NCBI GenBank assembly: GCA_965202585.1
Contig: OZ241826.1
Location: 32,550,001 to 32,614,000, forward strand
Direction: 5' to 3'
DNA from: Thalia democratica
Lineage: Eukaryota
Length of the DNA: 64,000 bases
Position numbers and translations under genes: made by a program. Position 1 is the first letter of the stretch. Each line of letters begins with the position of its first letter. This document shows, in pieces, positions 14,040 through 27,290 of the stretch. The notes under the pieces were generated by a model. It saw nothing but the letters and a program-made list of their open reading frames with translations. It was not told the DNA's origin and made no database searches.

Positions 14040-14412
14040 GGTTTAATGATACCCTTTTTCGGCGTAAATTCAAGTTTGATAATTTTCACATAAAGTATTT
14101 GTTGTATCCTAAATTTTTTTTTTTGGTGGAGCTGTAGTCGAAAAAACTTAAATGTCATGTTAATTATTGATAAGTTAATGCTATACATGCGTTTTATTTG
14201 TTTTTAAACGGGCCAATTCGAATCCAACAAAAACTCCTAAAATACAACAAGTGTAGTTTTACTTATTTTTTTCTTCTATATATGGTGTAGTATTTATTAA
14301 AAATTTTAATAACTTGTTAAAAATTTTAACCTAAAGGATGATTTTTGAGATTTCACTAAATACATTCAGCAATTTTATAGTCTATGGTTAATTTTTCCTT
14401 AGCCCAATACAA

Positions 14413-14756
14413 ATGGAGAAGAAAAGTAAGTGAACAGAATATTTTGTTATTGAAAAATCATATCCGTACTTGAAGCAGAACTTCAACAAAACCTCAGCGA
14501 CGGCTCTTTGACCGCAACCCTGTTTAAGTCAGGTTTTATGGTACCAGAGGCGTACGATATTGCCGAATTTTCTAACCGAGTCGAACTATCCGCTGGGACT
14601 GCTAAGTTTTTATTAGTAGTACCATCCGCGAAGGCATCTGACATTTATCTAATCCTTAATTTATCGGGTTCTCGCCGAATTAAGGCTCTCGCTCCATCGA
14701 AAAACTTCATCGACGGTACTTTCTTTTCCCGTGACGAGCCATACGCCCTCGTTTAA
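14413..14756 (+). CDS. Candidate hypothetical protein (~96 aa) in a GC-rich island
   Basis: Frame is open from 14454 to 14756. A possible first exon ATGGAGAAGAAAA|gtaagt (14413-14425) joins in phase at aag/cag acceptors 14475/14478, but the intron would be only 50-53 nt with a weak pyrimidine tract. Confidence 0.3.
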
Positions 14757-15046
14757 GATCCTTTCGGCTACAGAGAGTGGTTCCTTAGGTCATCGTCGCC
14801 GTGCTTATTTGTGTGTATTTTTGTGCAGTGTAATTTTAACAGGATGTCAGTAAATTTAACGCAACAATATTTTTCATTTAAACACAAGTCATCAAGTTTT
14901 AATCAACTACTTTATAATAAACCTAATTCTCTGCTAGTAACACTAAGTATAGCTGTAAGTTGTATTTTTGTGAAAATTAAATGTAAACGGCCGCTTATTT
15001 TCCGTAGTTCTTTCGTGTATATAAGCCATTTTAATTTTGTTTACCT

Positions 15047-15109
15047 AACGACTAAAAAGCGCTCAAAATGTTTGATCCTAGGACCTGGTAACGAAAGAAC
15101 TTTTTGGTT
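15047..15109 (+). repeat. Dispersed palindromic repeat core, copy 1 (others: 16281-16342 -, 19137-19200 -, 25518-25584 +, 47601-47664 +)
   Basis: Approximate consensus AACGA(A)nGCGCTCAAAATGTTTGGTCCTAGGACCTGGTGTACGAAAAAACCTTTCGGTT. Confidence 0.75.
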
Positions 15110-16902
15110 ACCGAGTCATACACGACTTGGATGCAGTTTACGTCGTTGTCCTGGGCTAAGGTATCAGAAGACAAAGTTATTAAAATTTCCATTGACAAAC
15201 TTAAACTGATAAGTTATCAAGCAAACATGTTTACTCTAGTACGTAACTTATTTTTATTCTTATAATGTTTTGAAATAACCAATTATCCTTCGTGTGTATC
15301 TGAAACCTTGTCAACAAACCAAGAGGCTTGTACTTTTTACTCTTAATAGTGAAAACCAACTTTACTAGTCGACGGGTAAGATCTAAGTGAACAACTATTT
15401 TAGAATTCGAAACTGCTACTTCTGAGCTTATTGATTTTAGAAATACTCATTGACTGACCAGTTAGTTGTCTAACTTTTTATTTTGGAAATGTTTAACAAA
15501 AAGACTGTTACAAGTATAGCTAAAATCTATCATCAGCGTAATTATCAAAAAAGTGTGTTGTCTGATTGTTTTCTGTTAACCTAGCTCAGTTAATTTTGTT
15601 TACATCTTATTTAACGTTTGACCTGAAAAAAAAAAAAAAGAACGCTTATAGTGCTAAGCTGTACAGAAGTTAATCAAAGTACTATTTTCCAAACTGCATT
15701 TTTAGATGGATCCAGTCTAATCTAAGTCTAAATGTAAAAAAAGTGTTTAAACCAAGTATTTAAAGGGAGGTTTTATTGTTTTTGATACTTTAAGTTAAAT
15801 AAAACCACACCTTTAAAGTACTGTAAGTTAAAAACAGTTGCTAACCTAATGGCAACAATGCGAAGTTATTTTGTTATGGTCTCGATAATGATCTTGGACT
15901 TCCTAAGTATGATAAATAACATGGTGATAATAAACAGTAGTATTTGACATACTCTTTACAATAAAAACTTGGATATCATTATTATTTTCAAACGATATTT
16001 TATAAGGGTAATTTTAGTTGTCCATCCCAATCGAGTCTTTAGTCTCATAATTTTTCTTTATTTTTGTTAGCTAATTTTAGGCTAACTTGGTAAATTATAC
16101 ACAGTTTTAAATAATTTAAAATTATAAACTTGGTTTTCAAAATAGAGGATTAATATATCTTTCAAGCTGTTTAACATCATGATAATATATTACTAATTTA
16201 ACTTTCGTTTTATTTATAAAGTACATACTTGTCGTGTACAAAGCATTAAACTGTATCCAAGTTGTCTAAGACTCGATCATCAAAACATTTTTTCGTATAC
16301 CAGGTCTGAAACCGATTATTTTGAGCGCTTTGTTTTGTCGTTCAATAAACAATATTCAACAGATTAACAAAGGCTTTTTATGCTAATACTCAAAAAAGCA
16401 TAACTGTTCCTTGAACTAAATAACATGAAAAGAAAACCTATCAATGGATATTTTGTCGACATGGTTGTAGAAGCTAAATCCTTAAGGCACCAAAACTAAA
16501 CATACTGTATTTTATAATGATTTACTCTAAATTTTCATGTGTGTTATTAAAATAAGGTGATTAATTAAAACGGTGAAAATAAGTTTTTAATAACTACCTG
16601 TAATAGTAACAATAATTTTATACTATTTTAATGAATTATAACTTCCTAAGGTTACTTAAGGTTAACTTATTGAAAGTAACTTTTGTCAAAAAATCTAATT
16701 AGTAGTTAGTTATCTGTTTTTTACAAGAATAAGTGGAGTTGTAAAAGACTACCAAAAAATACTTTTAAGTTCTTAAAAAAACCAGTGATAGATTAAATAC
16801 TTTTAAATGTTCATTGTACCCATCAAACTTATAGGCACAGTAGAAAAAACGCAAAAATTACAGGGCACACTTAAACAATAGTTATTTTACGTAGCTCCAG
16901 TA

Positions 16903-17252
16903 CAGGGGTCGGCGAACTGCGGCCCGCGGGCCAAATGCTGCTTTAAAAAGCAAAATCTGCGGCCTGCGATGTTTTTTAAAGCTCAAAGTATACACTTTCT
17001 AAAAAAGTAATAAGAAAAGTTTCTGTGATAAAAGCTTAAAACTAGGCTCTTAATTTAACAGTTAATCAATACTAGTGCTCTACTATTGCTAATTTCATCA
17101 CATTTTTGGCTTAAATTGGTATTTTTATGTTGATTACCACAAGTAATTCGAAATAACTGCGACCAGCAGAGGATTTGTTCATACTGTACAGCCCGCGAGC
17201 AATTTTTACTAGCGAATATTGCCCGCGACTCATAAAGGGCTGCCGACATCTG
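16903..17252 (+). mobile_element. hAT (Charlie-type) MITE
   Basis: CAGGGGTCGGCGAAC / GGCTGCCGACATCTG; TSD CTCCAGTA/CTCTAGTA (7/8). Confidence 0.88.
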
Positions 17253-19232
17253 CTCTAGTATATACCCTTATAAATTAAAACAAAAGCAGAACAGTTGAAG
17301 ATCATTAGTTTTTGTACATAAGTTGTTTTGATCAGTTTTACTAAGTTTTTTTGATAAGTATTTGTACACAACTAAAGCAACAAACTGTATGTAAGCTCCT
17401 ATAAAAAAACTTCTACTACAATATTAAAATTAATTTACGAGTGAAAAAACGTAAGTAGTTTATTTAAATTTAATTTAGTTTTTTTCGTTTATTGAAACCT
17501 TTTTAATTAAATGTTTTTAGTAATAAATCAAGTATGTTTTTGAAATTTACTATGCTTTCCTCATATGGTATATCTTTTAAAACTAGTTGTATTTTTTGTT
17601 TATCTTCTAAAAACATGAAGTTTGTTTTTACATATAACTGTTAGTTGTTTAAAGAAATCAGTAAATACTTTAACTGAAAAGCATTTTAAAAACTTGTTTG
17701 TTTTAATTAAACTGAGACACTTCAACAAAAACAATCCACGAATTTTTGCAGATTTACAGTTATTCCAATAAATAAGTTATAGCACACTTTTTTATCAAAA
17801 TTAGGTTGAAAAATTTCTAATTACTTTTGATCAAATCGTTTAATGTTTGGTTAAAGTAAAAGACTTTTGGGACTTATTTATGTCTGTGCTTTACATGATA
17901 TTTGTGTTTTTCTGTTGATAAAAACTTATTAGATATATTTTAATTTATCTTTATAGAAAATATAGAAGTGTGATAAATGACATTTAAAGCCGAAATTACT
18001 TGTTTTCTAAAGTTTCATCACTGAAGTTAATTAAAATTTTGCATATTTGTTGATTGACCCAACTTTTACTTCAAGAGGACCAGTTGTATACCTCAATAAA
18101 CTTAATACAGGTTTATCGGGTCTTTCAAATTTCAAAGCTTGTTTTTAGTTTAAATTTGCAGTTTAACAAAATATGAGAATGAACACATGTGTAATGTATA
18201 AAAATTATCAAGTTTGAAAAAAGTAGGTTATAAGCTTGTAATATAAGTTAATTGAGAAAGTTTTTTACTTTGGAAAGCTTTGGTTTTTACTTAGCATTCA
18301 TATCACTATACTATTTTACAGAAATGTCTTAAAACTTTTCTTAGATGATCCTACATACGAACAAATAAAAACGAAGTAAACTTTTGTAATGAGTGGCTTT
18401 TTTTTTTTGAAATATGTGCTTCTAAGTCTTTTGCTTTGTATAGAAGTTTGTGTATATTTACAGAAGCTAGTTACTAAGTTTGCTTTATAGTAATGAAAAA
18501 AATAATTAGCCTTATCTTTATATGACGCAGGCGATCATGCTTATTCATTTCATAGTTTTTTTTTCACTTTTTATGATTTTAAATTAATTTAACCTTACAA
18601 TATGAACTATTGACTAATTTAGGTGCTACTCAGAGTCAACTATTGGTCAAAACTTTTTTTTTTCCTGATCACTAAAGTTATAAATGTTTAAATTGCAGGT
18701 AAAGTTACACATTGTGAATGTTCACTTTAACCTTCATATAGTACTAATCGTAACATTTGAGATGTTTAGCTTACAATTTTTTTTATCTTAAATGAAATAA
18801 TGAAAGCTAAAGCGTTTGATGCACTAAAATTTTACAACCGATGTTTCTTTCATCCATCAAAACTACACCTAAAAAAAGAACTAAAAAGTTTAAACAGTAG
18901 AAATTGTTTTTGATATAACACTTATGTGTTTGTTATATTTTATTAACACAGTTTCATAAAGAAAAAATTACTACTACACACTTGTTTAAATTAATTGCAT
19001 CTATAAAAGTTTATTAAGTTTTAAGTAAGAACATTTTTAAACTTTGTATATGTATAAAAACTGTTGCAAAACGGACAAAATTTTTAGTTCAAACTCTTAA
19101 AAAGTGTACTTTAGATAACATGATTGAGCCAAATACAACCGAAAGGTTTTTTCGTACACCAGGTCCTTGGACCAAATATTTGAGCGCTTTTTTTTCGTTC
19201 GTTCGTTTAAAAAATTGATCGATAGGTAAGTT

Positions 19233-19649
19233 TAGGGGTGGGAATCAGTAAAATTTTCTGGTCTGTTACATAACTTTTCTACGAAAATAGTTAGTTCAGA
19301 ACAAACAGGTATGTGCATTGATATAACATCTTGTTCAAAAAAGTTATAAACAATGAACTTCAAACAACCAACAACAACAGCATCCGAGACAACCTACGAT
19401 CGGTTTCAACCTTGTTATTTATTGTTGAAGGCGCGAACATCTCAACTTTGTTGATGATGGCCGAAATAGATATTGGTAAAAAAAGTTATGAAATTACTTT
19501 AATACAATGGATTTTTGAAACTTACTTCAAGTAAAAACTGCCAGCTTTAGTAGATAGATTATCTAATGAAAAATAAATATAATTTTGTTTAACTTTATCA
19601 TTTTTTTAAACGTATTAAGACCTTCTGACTATAAAATTTCCCAGCCCTA
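19233..19649. mobile_element. Degenerate hAT-like element
   Basis: TAGGGGTGGGAAT / ATTTCCCAGCCCTA inverted termini; no TSD found. Confidence 0.5.
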
Positions 19650-20552
19650 GCTGGTAAAACAAATAAATTTTTGTTAACAGCGATTTCACAAATGTTTGCA
19701 TTGTATTAAACCTTTTCTACGAAAAATAACACAATTCATCCAACAAAATATTTAAGCAGCTAAGGTTCTGAATAATTAAGTAATTAAGCAACTAAAAGTA
19801 TTTTTAAGCTTGATGTTAAGTGACTGAATGAAGTGTTTATATGTTATTGAAATCTTAAAACGCTTCTTTATTTTTTTGTGTGTTATTCCAAGTACATTTA
19901 ACTCTATTTAAGTGCATTTGTATCTTTGAAAAAATATCAAATAATTTGAGCTCATACCAAATGATATTTTTTATTTATAGTTTTAAACTTTTTTATGTTA
20001 AAGTAAAAATATAAGTAATCATTCTTTCTACAAAATTAGTTTTTCAATATATATTAACTTTAATACGGACTATCTGTCAATAACTAAAAATTACTATGTT
20101 ATTTCTATTAGGCAATAAACTACAACTTAACTAGTAAGACGTTTTATTTCACTTAATTACTAGTTATAGAAGTTTTGCAGTAAATTATAAATGTGAAATA
20201 AATCAATTTGTAATAAAACCTCAATAAAAACTAAGTATTTTAAAACTACGTTTATTAACTAAATTGTACGAACTATTAACTTAAACAAAAGCAATCAAAG
20301 GCACAACAAACACTTAGTTAGCAATAAAAAAATTTCTATAACAATAACCTAAAACATAAGAAAACTCGATAAAGCCTTCACAAATGTAGTCAATCAAACT
20401 AAAGCGATTTTTTAACTAAATTGTACAATATAAATTGTTTAAAATTTACTAAACATAGCTTTAACTAAATCCATAAAATGCACAAAAACATAGTCAGTAA
20501 ATTTTGTATAAAATTAACTAAAACAATAGCCTAAACGAATTTAAACTTCACT

Positions 20553-20933
20553 TTACTTAACAAAGTGGTTTCCCCTAAACACGTTAACAACTACCTCCGG
20601 ATAAGAGTAGTTCGGGTTCGCTGATTTGTACACTTCAACGAATTCTTGCATAAACATGCCCCCATCGCCAGGTTCGGTAGCTGGAGGGATTATGAAGTGG
20701 AAGATGTCGTCCTTGTCACACGTGAAATCCTGAAGGTTCGTCAGAAAGTTCTTCTTCGGATACTGGATTATTGCATTTCTGCAAAAGCTGTCAAGCGTCC
20801 TCTGCTCGTTGTGAGCCATGCGCTCGTAGCAGTACAAGTGCGATCTCGGCCCCCGGAACGTCATCATTTCCAGGTCAAAGTCGTAGAAATTAAACTTGAC
20901 TTTGACCAAGGAACTTGTGAAAACAACGTTCAT
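20553..20933 (-). CDS. Hypothetical protein, 126 aa, single coding exon, unknown family
   Basis: ATG-to-TAA ORF in a markedly GC-richer island. Splice acceptor (actaaac...cattcttacag) lies 17 nt upstream of the ATG with an in-frame TAA between, implying a 5'UTR intron. AATAAA near 20251-20256. Confidence 0.6.
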   Translation of the reverse strand: MNVVFTSSLVKVKFNFYDFDLEMMTFRGPRSHLYCYERMAHNEQRTLDSFCRNAIIQYPKKNFLTNLQDFTCDKDDIFHFIIPPATEPGDGGMFMQEFVEVYKSANPNYSYPEVVVNVFRGNHFVK

Positions 20934-22618
20934 GATGATTTAACTAAACGCTGTAAGAATGTTTTAGTTTAGTAACTATTGATTACTTTAAGTTATATGT
21001 TAAAACCTAATTATGTTATCTATACTGGTTGTTTTTTACTGCATCTTTTTTCAAAGTATTCATAGATTTTTTTTTAAACTGTTTGTATTAAATTATTTAA
21101 TATAAAATATTGGGACAACTTCATAAGCTTCTTTTTAAATTAATACCTTAAATAAAATTTTGTCAAATTTAACAATAAAGAATACAAATTCAAATTTATA
21201 ACTTATTCCAATTATTTAGAATGGTCACAGCTTATTTAGATTTAACTAAAAATCATAATGTTTTTTTGTGTTATTAATGTTTGAAAACTTAAACTTGGTA
21301 TGAAGCTATGAAGATGTTGTAAATTTTTCTGAAAAAAGTTTATCATGTATAAAAAGTTTTAATCTAATTTACAAACTAGCTGTCTGGACGTCTACTGCTA
21401 AACACTTTTTTTAAATTTAAAAAGGCTAAGTCAAAGTGTTTAATTTGATTCTAAATTCATAACTAAACTGACAAAATTATTAAACTAGTTAGTTTATTAG
21501 ACAATTGTATAACATTAAAACTATTTATGCAAAAACATAGTTTTGACATAAGTAAAATAAATCTAAACACTTTAGCTCAATTGAAACAAACTTTAATTTA
21601 GAAATGTTTTCGTAGTTACTGTAACTACACACAATTATTATTTTTCAGTTTTAATTTAAGTTAAATAAACAAATTTCTTACATATTTTTAACTATTTTCA
21701 TAAATTTTCTAAACATAAAAATTTAACATATGAAAGGAGTAAAAAGTTTAGCATAATCTGAGTTTGAGTAAATACTGCAAAAACAATAAAATATAAAGTT
21801 AAGTGTGCTTTTTACTCATTTGTTAATTTAGTAGTGTTCGAAATATATTTTTAAAAATTTTAACACTTAATGTATAAACTGTAATGAATTATTACATACC
21901 TTTGCTTATAACTTCAGCTTTGTAAGTATAAAGTGATTTTAAACGAAATTACACTTTATGAGTTGAACTTACTGTAAAAAGCTTTAAATTTGATAACTTT
22001 TTTTTCTAGTAATTACAGGCAGACTTTTTTTATTAGGAGAAGCTACCTAAAAAGTTGAAATTTTTTAAGTATGACAAATAATTAAATGATTTTTACAAGT
22101 TATTAGTTTCAAATCAAATCAAAAATATTTCTAAAAGTTTTGAAACATAATAAAATATAAAAAAACCTGTTTAAACTTACAAAACATCTGAATTAAAGCA
22201 GAAGACAGTAAAAAACAATAACACTAGCTATAAAATATTTTTTGCATAAATGTAGATTAAGCTTATATATGTGAGCATTCTAAAAATTTTTTAAGTAAAA
22301 ATTAATCTGTCTTAAGTTTAAAAACTACAACTTACTAAGTATTAAAAGTTTGTTTTAACTAAAAGCTAGTAAAGTTAAATTTTGAATTCTACTGTTGTAT
22401 AATACAAACATAAAACTATCAAAATAAACAACTAAACAAAAACTCATTTAACAACTAATATATTTATGAATGAATCATAAAGTCTGCTATTATACATATT
22501 GTCAGATTAAAGTTACCCGTAGGCATTTACTGGAACGAGTAACAAAAAAAATGCTGCAATTTGTTTGGATAAAAGTGTTTTGGCTTAGTAAAAATTTGTT
22601 TTTAATTGAGTTGTGGAG

Positions 22619-22740
22619 CTTTTATACGGCTAAACACTTTATCGCTCGTATCTTCTCTCTTTCTTTTTCTTCTCGAATGAACCGCTTTACATGCGACACA
22701 GATTCATTCTATTGTGTAATTATTTATTGTTTGCATTTGC
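22619..22740 (-). promoter_or_regulatory. Candidate TATA promoter (TATAAAAG) with GATA and octamer-like motifs
   Basis: Minus strand has ATGCAAAC (22729-22736), GATAAAG (~22637-22643) and TATAAAAG (22619-22626), pointing toward the 20.9-kb ORF. Candidate donors near 22516 and 22530. Confidence 0.3.
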
Positions 22741-23105
22741 CGTGCAAAAACTTTTAATTAAGATACAACTTAAATAACATTTTCCTACAACTGTAAGTTT
22801 TCAGCTACAACTAATAAAATTGTATCACTTTGTTGTTAGTTTTTAAGCATGTATTTGACTAGATGTACATCAAGTTTGTGACTAGTTGATTTTGTAAAAA
22901 ACAAAGCTCTGAATGCTTTTTTACAATTTTATTCGTTATCGTTATTTGCTGTTATTTCCAGATTCAATGCACTAAAATATAAGTTTTAGAAGCGCTAGCT
23001 GTTCACAGATTACAATAACTAGCGATCTGCTTTTAAAATTTCATTAGTCCACAAGGCTGTAGCTAAAATGGAGACGGGTCAGTTTTACACTAAATATTAC
23101 TTTTT

Positions 23106-23388
23106 CACGTAGGGTTATTTTTGCACGAGTGACAATTTTGCAGGAGACCAAAAACACAGAACAATAACAATTATTAATGAAAATTACCGACCAAGAAGAT
23201 GGATTAGGGGTGGCAGTGATTGTAAAAACAAAAAACTATAAATAAAATACGATAAAAATGTTTAAAAATGAAATAAATATTAAAAGAAAAAACCGACCAA
23301 GGGTAAGAGTTAAAATAAATTAATAAACAACTAAAATTATAAATTTCAATCGTTTAAAAGTGTATTCGTGCAAAATAGTCCCTTCGAG
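23106..23388 (+). mobile_element. CAC-ended non-autonomous DNA transposon (CMC-like)
   Basis: CACGTAGGGTTATTTTTGCACGA / TCGTGCAAAATAGTCCCTTCGAG; internal CCGACCAAGGGTAAG repeats; shared with 53120-53596. Confidence 0.7.
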
Positions 23389-24777
23389 CGTTTTTTATGT
23401 GGTACTTACTATGTGGATGGTTGCTCATTTTTATTAACTTAGTCAGCAAGTTACTAGTCAGTAATCTATCCTTATATTTAAACACATACATAAATTTGTG
23501 TTAAAATTTATAAAAAAAATATCACGCACAGTTGTTGTAGCAAATTGATAGTTGTTTTCATTTCGAACTAATACAAACTAGTATTCTAAAATTTCGCGGT
23601 TTTATAACATTTTATAGCAATAAAACAAGCGTTTTTTAATAAATATTCTGACAAGATTATACGTATAGGTTTAGGTGTAACAAAGTATAAATATATATAT
23701 CATTGACAACCTCTAAGTTTACCAAAACTTAAAATATACAATATACTCGCAGGTACAAACGGAAAAACATCAGATTCAGCAAATTATCTAGTCGACCTCA
23801 AATTATTGAAAAACGACGAACTTTGATACGATAACTTGGTAAAGCAAAATTATTTTCAAAATTATTACTATTAGATATAAAGTTAACATATTTTTCTATG
23901 TGCTGAATAGGAATTTTAGATAATTTATTTGTTTTTCTGTTTAGTTAAACAAAAAATTGTATAGCGTAATGCAAAAATAGACGCTTTCAGTAAATACTTG
24001 ATAAAATTTGACTTGATTCACATTTCTATTGAACAAAGTTTGAAGTATATACATTATAACCAACCGACCTAAAATTATAAGGTTCTGACTTAAGATCAGT
24101 ATAACTACCTGTAATAGTGTTCTACCAATGTTAACTACGGCTATAACAATCTGACTAACTGGCATTGTGACTAACTGTCCTACTGGCGTTGTAGCCGTCT
24201 GACCAAGTATTATTATGAGGTGCAGGTCTGCTGTCGTTATAACTAAAAGGTCTATTAGGTTACGAGGGGTAAAAAACATTTTAGAGGAGCGAAAAAGGAA
24301 AAGTTAAATATTTTAATATCATTAATGCTCTACTGAAAACAGTAACTATGTGAATACTACTTAATAAAAACTTGTATTTAGCTTATAATAAAATGTTATA
24401 AGGTCTTTGTGGCAAATTCTATCTAAGTTAAAACACCCTAAGAGTAAGGACAGGTGGAGACAATGTCCTAACAACGTCATGATACGGTGGTATTTCTTGA
24501 TTAGTATTAGTTCCGTTATATAACTGGTTTTAGTTTAGTAGTTTGTTTATACATTTTTTTTGTTACAATATTAAACTAGTAACTATGATTATAAAAAGCT
24601 GATTTTTTATCGGACGATATATTAGGTTTATATATACGAAATAATATAAAACTATCGCATTATCATAATTTATAGTGTTTTAAATACTTTTAGGAAAATA
24701 ACGTTAAATAGTGTACCTAATTAGTTAAATATTTTTTAAGACGTCGGTTCTTCATTTTAAGTAACTTAGCCGTAAAC

Positions 24778-24955
24778 CAGTGCTTCTGAAATAGGGTTCC
24801 GCGACGCCTTTCAGGGGTTCCGCAAAGACTTTCGAAATTTAATTAATAACAATTATTTAATTGAAGATTTTATGTTAAATTAAAATTAGGGGTTCCGCGG
24901 AAAATTTGAACATTGGAAAAGGGTTCCGCCACTATAAAAAGGTTCAGAAGCACTG
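24778..24955 (+). mobile_element. Young 178-bp hAT MITE
   Basis: CAGTGCTTCTGAA / TTCAGAAGCACTG perfect TIR; perfect 8-bp TSD CCGTAAAC; GGGTTCCGC repeats. Confidence 0.95.
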
Positions 24956-26327
24956 CCGTAAACTATGTTATACTAAATTGAAGTCAGAACTCAAAAACCT
25001 ATGTTTAAAAACTTCAAAAAAAAAAAGAATTGAGCGTCATAAGTTTTTGAAACTTTGCAAACTTTCAAAACTATATCAAGCACTTACAGTATTGATAAAA
25101 ACACATACTTTCGGTTTACCAAAAACATATTTTATAAAAGCTCTAATTATTATATTTAAACAGTTGTAAAAATTTTAAATTAAATTTACAAAAGTTACCC
25201 TTGGAAACATTATACTCAACTTAAGCGATTTGCTTGATAGTAAAATCACAGAAAAGCCACGAATGGTAGAGATGATAAAAAATCTCAGAACAACTTGTAA
25301 AGTTCTGGTGATAATTAAAGTGAATGTTAGGTCACATATCAGAGTTTTCTTTATTATTTGAACAATAAATTATCATCAAAGCTGAATGATGTTTCAAAAC
25401 TTGGTTCTTTTTTAAATTCTTATTAAAAATAAATTTGTAACTCAAAAATTAATAAAGTAAAAAAGAAACACATATTTTATTCGTATACTTAAATTTCAAA
25501 AACTTTTATTGCTCAATAAGCGATAAAAAAAATCGCTCAAAAAGTTTGGTCTACGGATATAAAGTACAAAGGAACCTTTCGGTTATTGAGGTTTAGTCAT
25601 ATTTTTTATAACATTTTTACTGCAAACAAAAAAATACAACTCTAAATTCTGCTATAAATCTGTAGTTCCAATTATAACCATTTTACATAAATACAAAAAC
25701 AATTTTTTAATCTAAAACCGGCATAACTTAACTACAGCCTATGAAAAAGCATATAAAAGAGTTTTTTTAAATCATAAAAGTTAAAATATAGACTTAAATA
25801 TGATACTCTGCACAAAAATAAAATTTAAAATGATAAAATAATGAACTTATTTCTTTTTCTTATACACCAACGTGCTACATAAAAAAATCAATTAATACTT
25901 TGAAGATGTTTTTTTTCTGTAACCAAACTTATACGCTCTTAACAATTTAACTCTTACATTCAAAATATAATTTTAAATAGCTCTAGCATGATTAACAGAA
26001 AAATACTTATTTAGATAGCAAATTGATTGAAACACATTTTTCTGCAAGCATACTTAAACTAAAAGTTTTATACCATATACATATACTTGGAAAACTTTAA
26101 TTCTTTGTACTTTTGATTGTGTTACATTTACTATAATTTAACAAAAAGTTCTTTATATTGATAGATATATTGTTTGATGTTTTGTTTTTATGACAACTTT
26201 TGAAGACAAAGTTTAAAGAAACTTTTTTTTTATAAGCATTCAGGTTACTATATTTTTTAGAAAAAAAGAATATTATTTTTTAAGACTTTTCCACCCAAAA
26301 GAATTGTCACAGGCTACAATTTTCTCT

Positions 26328-26393
26328 TGGCGAACCGGATTCGACCTGCGAGCTGTACGTTGCCTAACTCGTGCCTAAAACTTAAACTAATTG
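26328..26393 (-). other. tRNA-derived SINE head or tRNA pseudogene
   Basis: Minus strand has an A-box-like TAGTTTAAGTTTTAGG and a B-box-like GGTCGAATCC followed by GGTTCGCCA; no intact cloverleaf. Confidence 0.35.
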
Positions 26394-26485
26394 AAAAAAG
26401 GAGTATTTTTATTTTAACCTGCTTTAAAAATAGTTGAAGTTTTTGTTTTCTATACCATGTTAGTATTGGTCTTGATACTTTAAAT

Positions 26486-27290
26486 TAGTGGTGGGCAACG
26501 TTTTTCAATCAACGGGCCAAATCCAGAAAAAAATAGTCCGTTGCGGGCTGGAGCATTTAGAATTAGTAATTTACCGGATCAAGTCGAATAATGACTTTTT
26601 AGATCCGAATCCGACTGTATACTAGCTTTAAGTCAAGATCCGGTCGGATTCTAATTTAAATAAAAGTTTCGGATCGAACCGGAACCTAATTTTATGGGTA
26701 TAGTTGATCACTTTTTTGAATCCTTTATATTCGTAAAACTTGCTCAAGTCTAACAAATTAAAAAGTATATTGAGACATGTCAGATGTTTATATAACTCCC
26801 TATAAAACGTTTATCGTTGCAAGGGGTAGAGTTTGAGACGGATGTTTTTTTACCTAAAAATATATTAATGTCTAAAATAAAATCTTTGTAATTAACTTTG
26901 ACTTTGTAATTAACAAAAGAACGTATACAAAATATTGTACTTAAAAAGACTTTGCTTGGGATAGTTCGACAAAAAGATGTTCCATCTAAGTTAGAATTAG
27001 AACAACACAAACATTATGACAAAATGGTGTACTTATTAGTACACATTAATTTATAAAGTCAATTTTTAGTATGTTTTACAAGTCAACTTCTTAAAATTCT
27101 GTTTTGTAAAAATATGATACAACGTTTTTTTTGTAATATTGACCCTTTGCGGGCCTGTAATTTCTCCAGCGGGCCGGTCATTTTCATTTTTTGGGCCGAA
27201 TCCCATTGAAGTTTAAAAAACGGTCGGGGGCCGGACATTTTTACTCTGCGGGCCGGATCCGGCCCGCGGGCCGTACGTTGCCCAGCCCTA
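26486..27290 (-). mobile_element. hAT (SPIN/Buster-like) element with possible transposase C-terminal remnant
   Basis: TAGTGGTGGGCAAC / GTTGCCCAGCCCTA; GGCCCGCGGGCCGGATCCGGCCCGC subterminal; TSD 6/8. The internal 26780-27010 frame weakly recalls the hAT dimerisation region. Confidence 0.8.

Noticed and set aside
15480-15625. NYADD RT-like motif on the minus strand
   Set aside because: Flanking residues do not resemble an RT and the frame has several stops.
20646-20972. 108-aa + strand ORF
   Set aside because: Antisense shadow of the 20553-20933 ORF; the splice and polyA signals favour the minus strand.
23941-24279. 112-aa hydrophobic ORF
   Set aside because: I/L/V-rich reading typical of an off-frame translation; another frame with stops (PFSYNDSRPAPHNNTWSDGY...) looks more protein-like, so this is at best a pseudo-exon.
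26328-26393. Functional tRNA gene
   Set aside because: Acceptor stem does not pair and the T-loop lacks a base; kept only as a low-confidence SINE or pseudo-tRNA.
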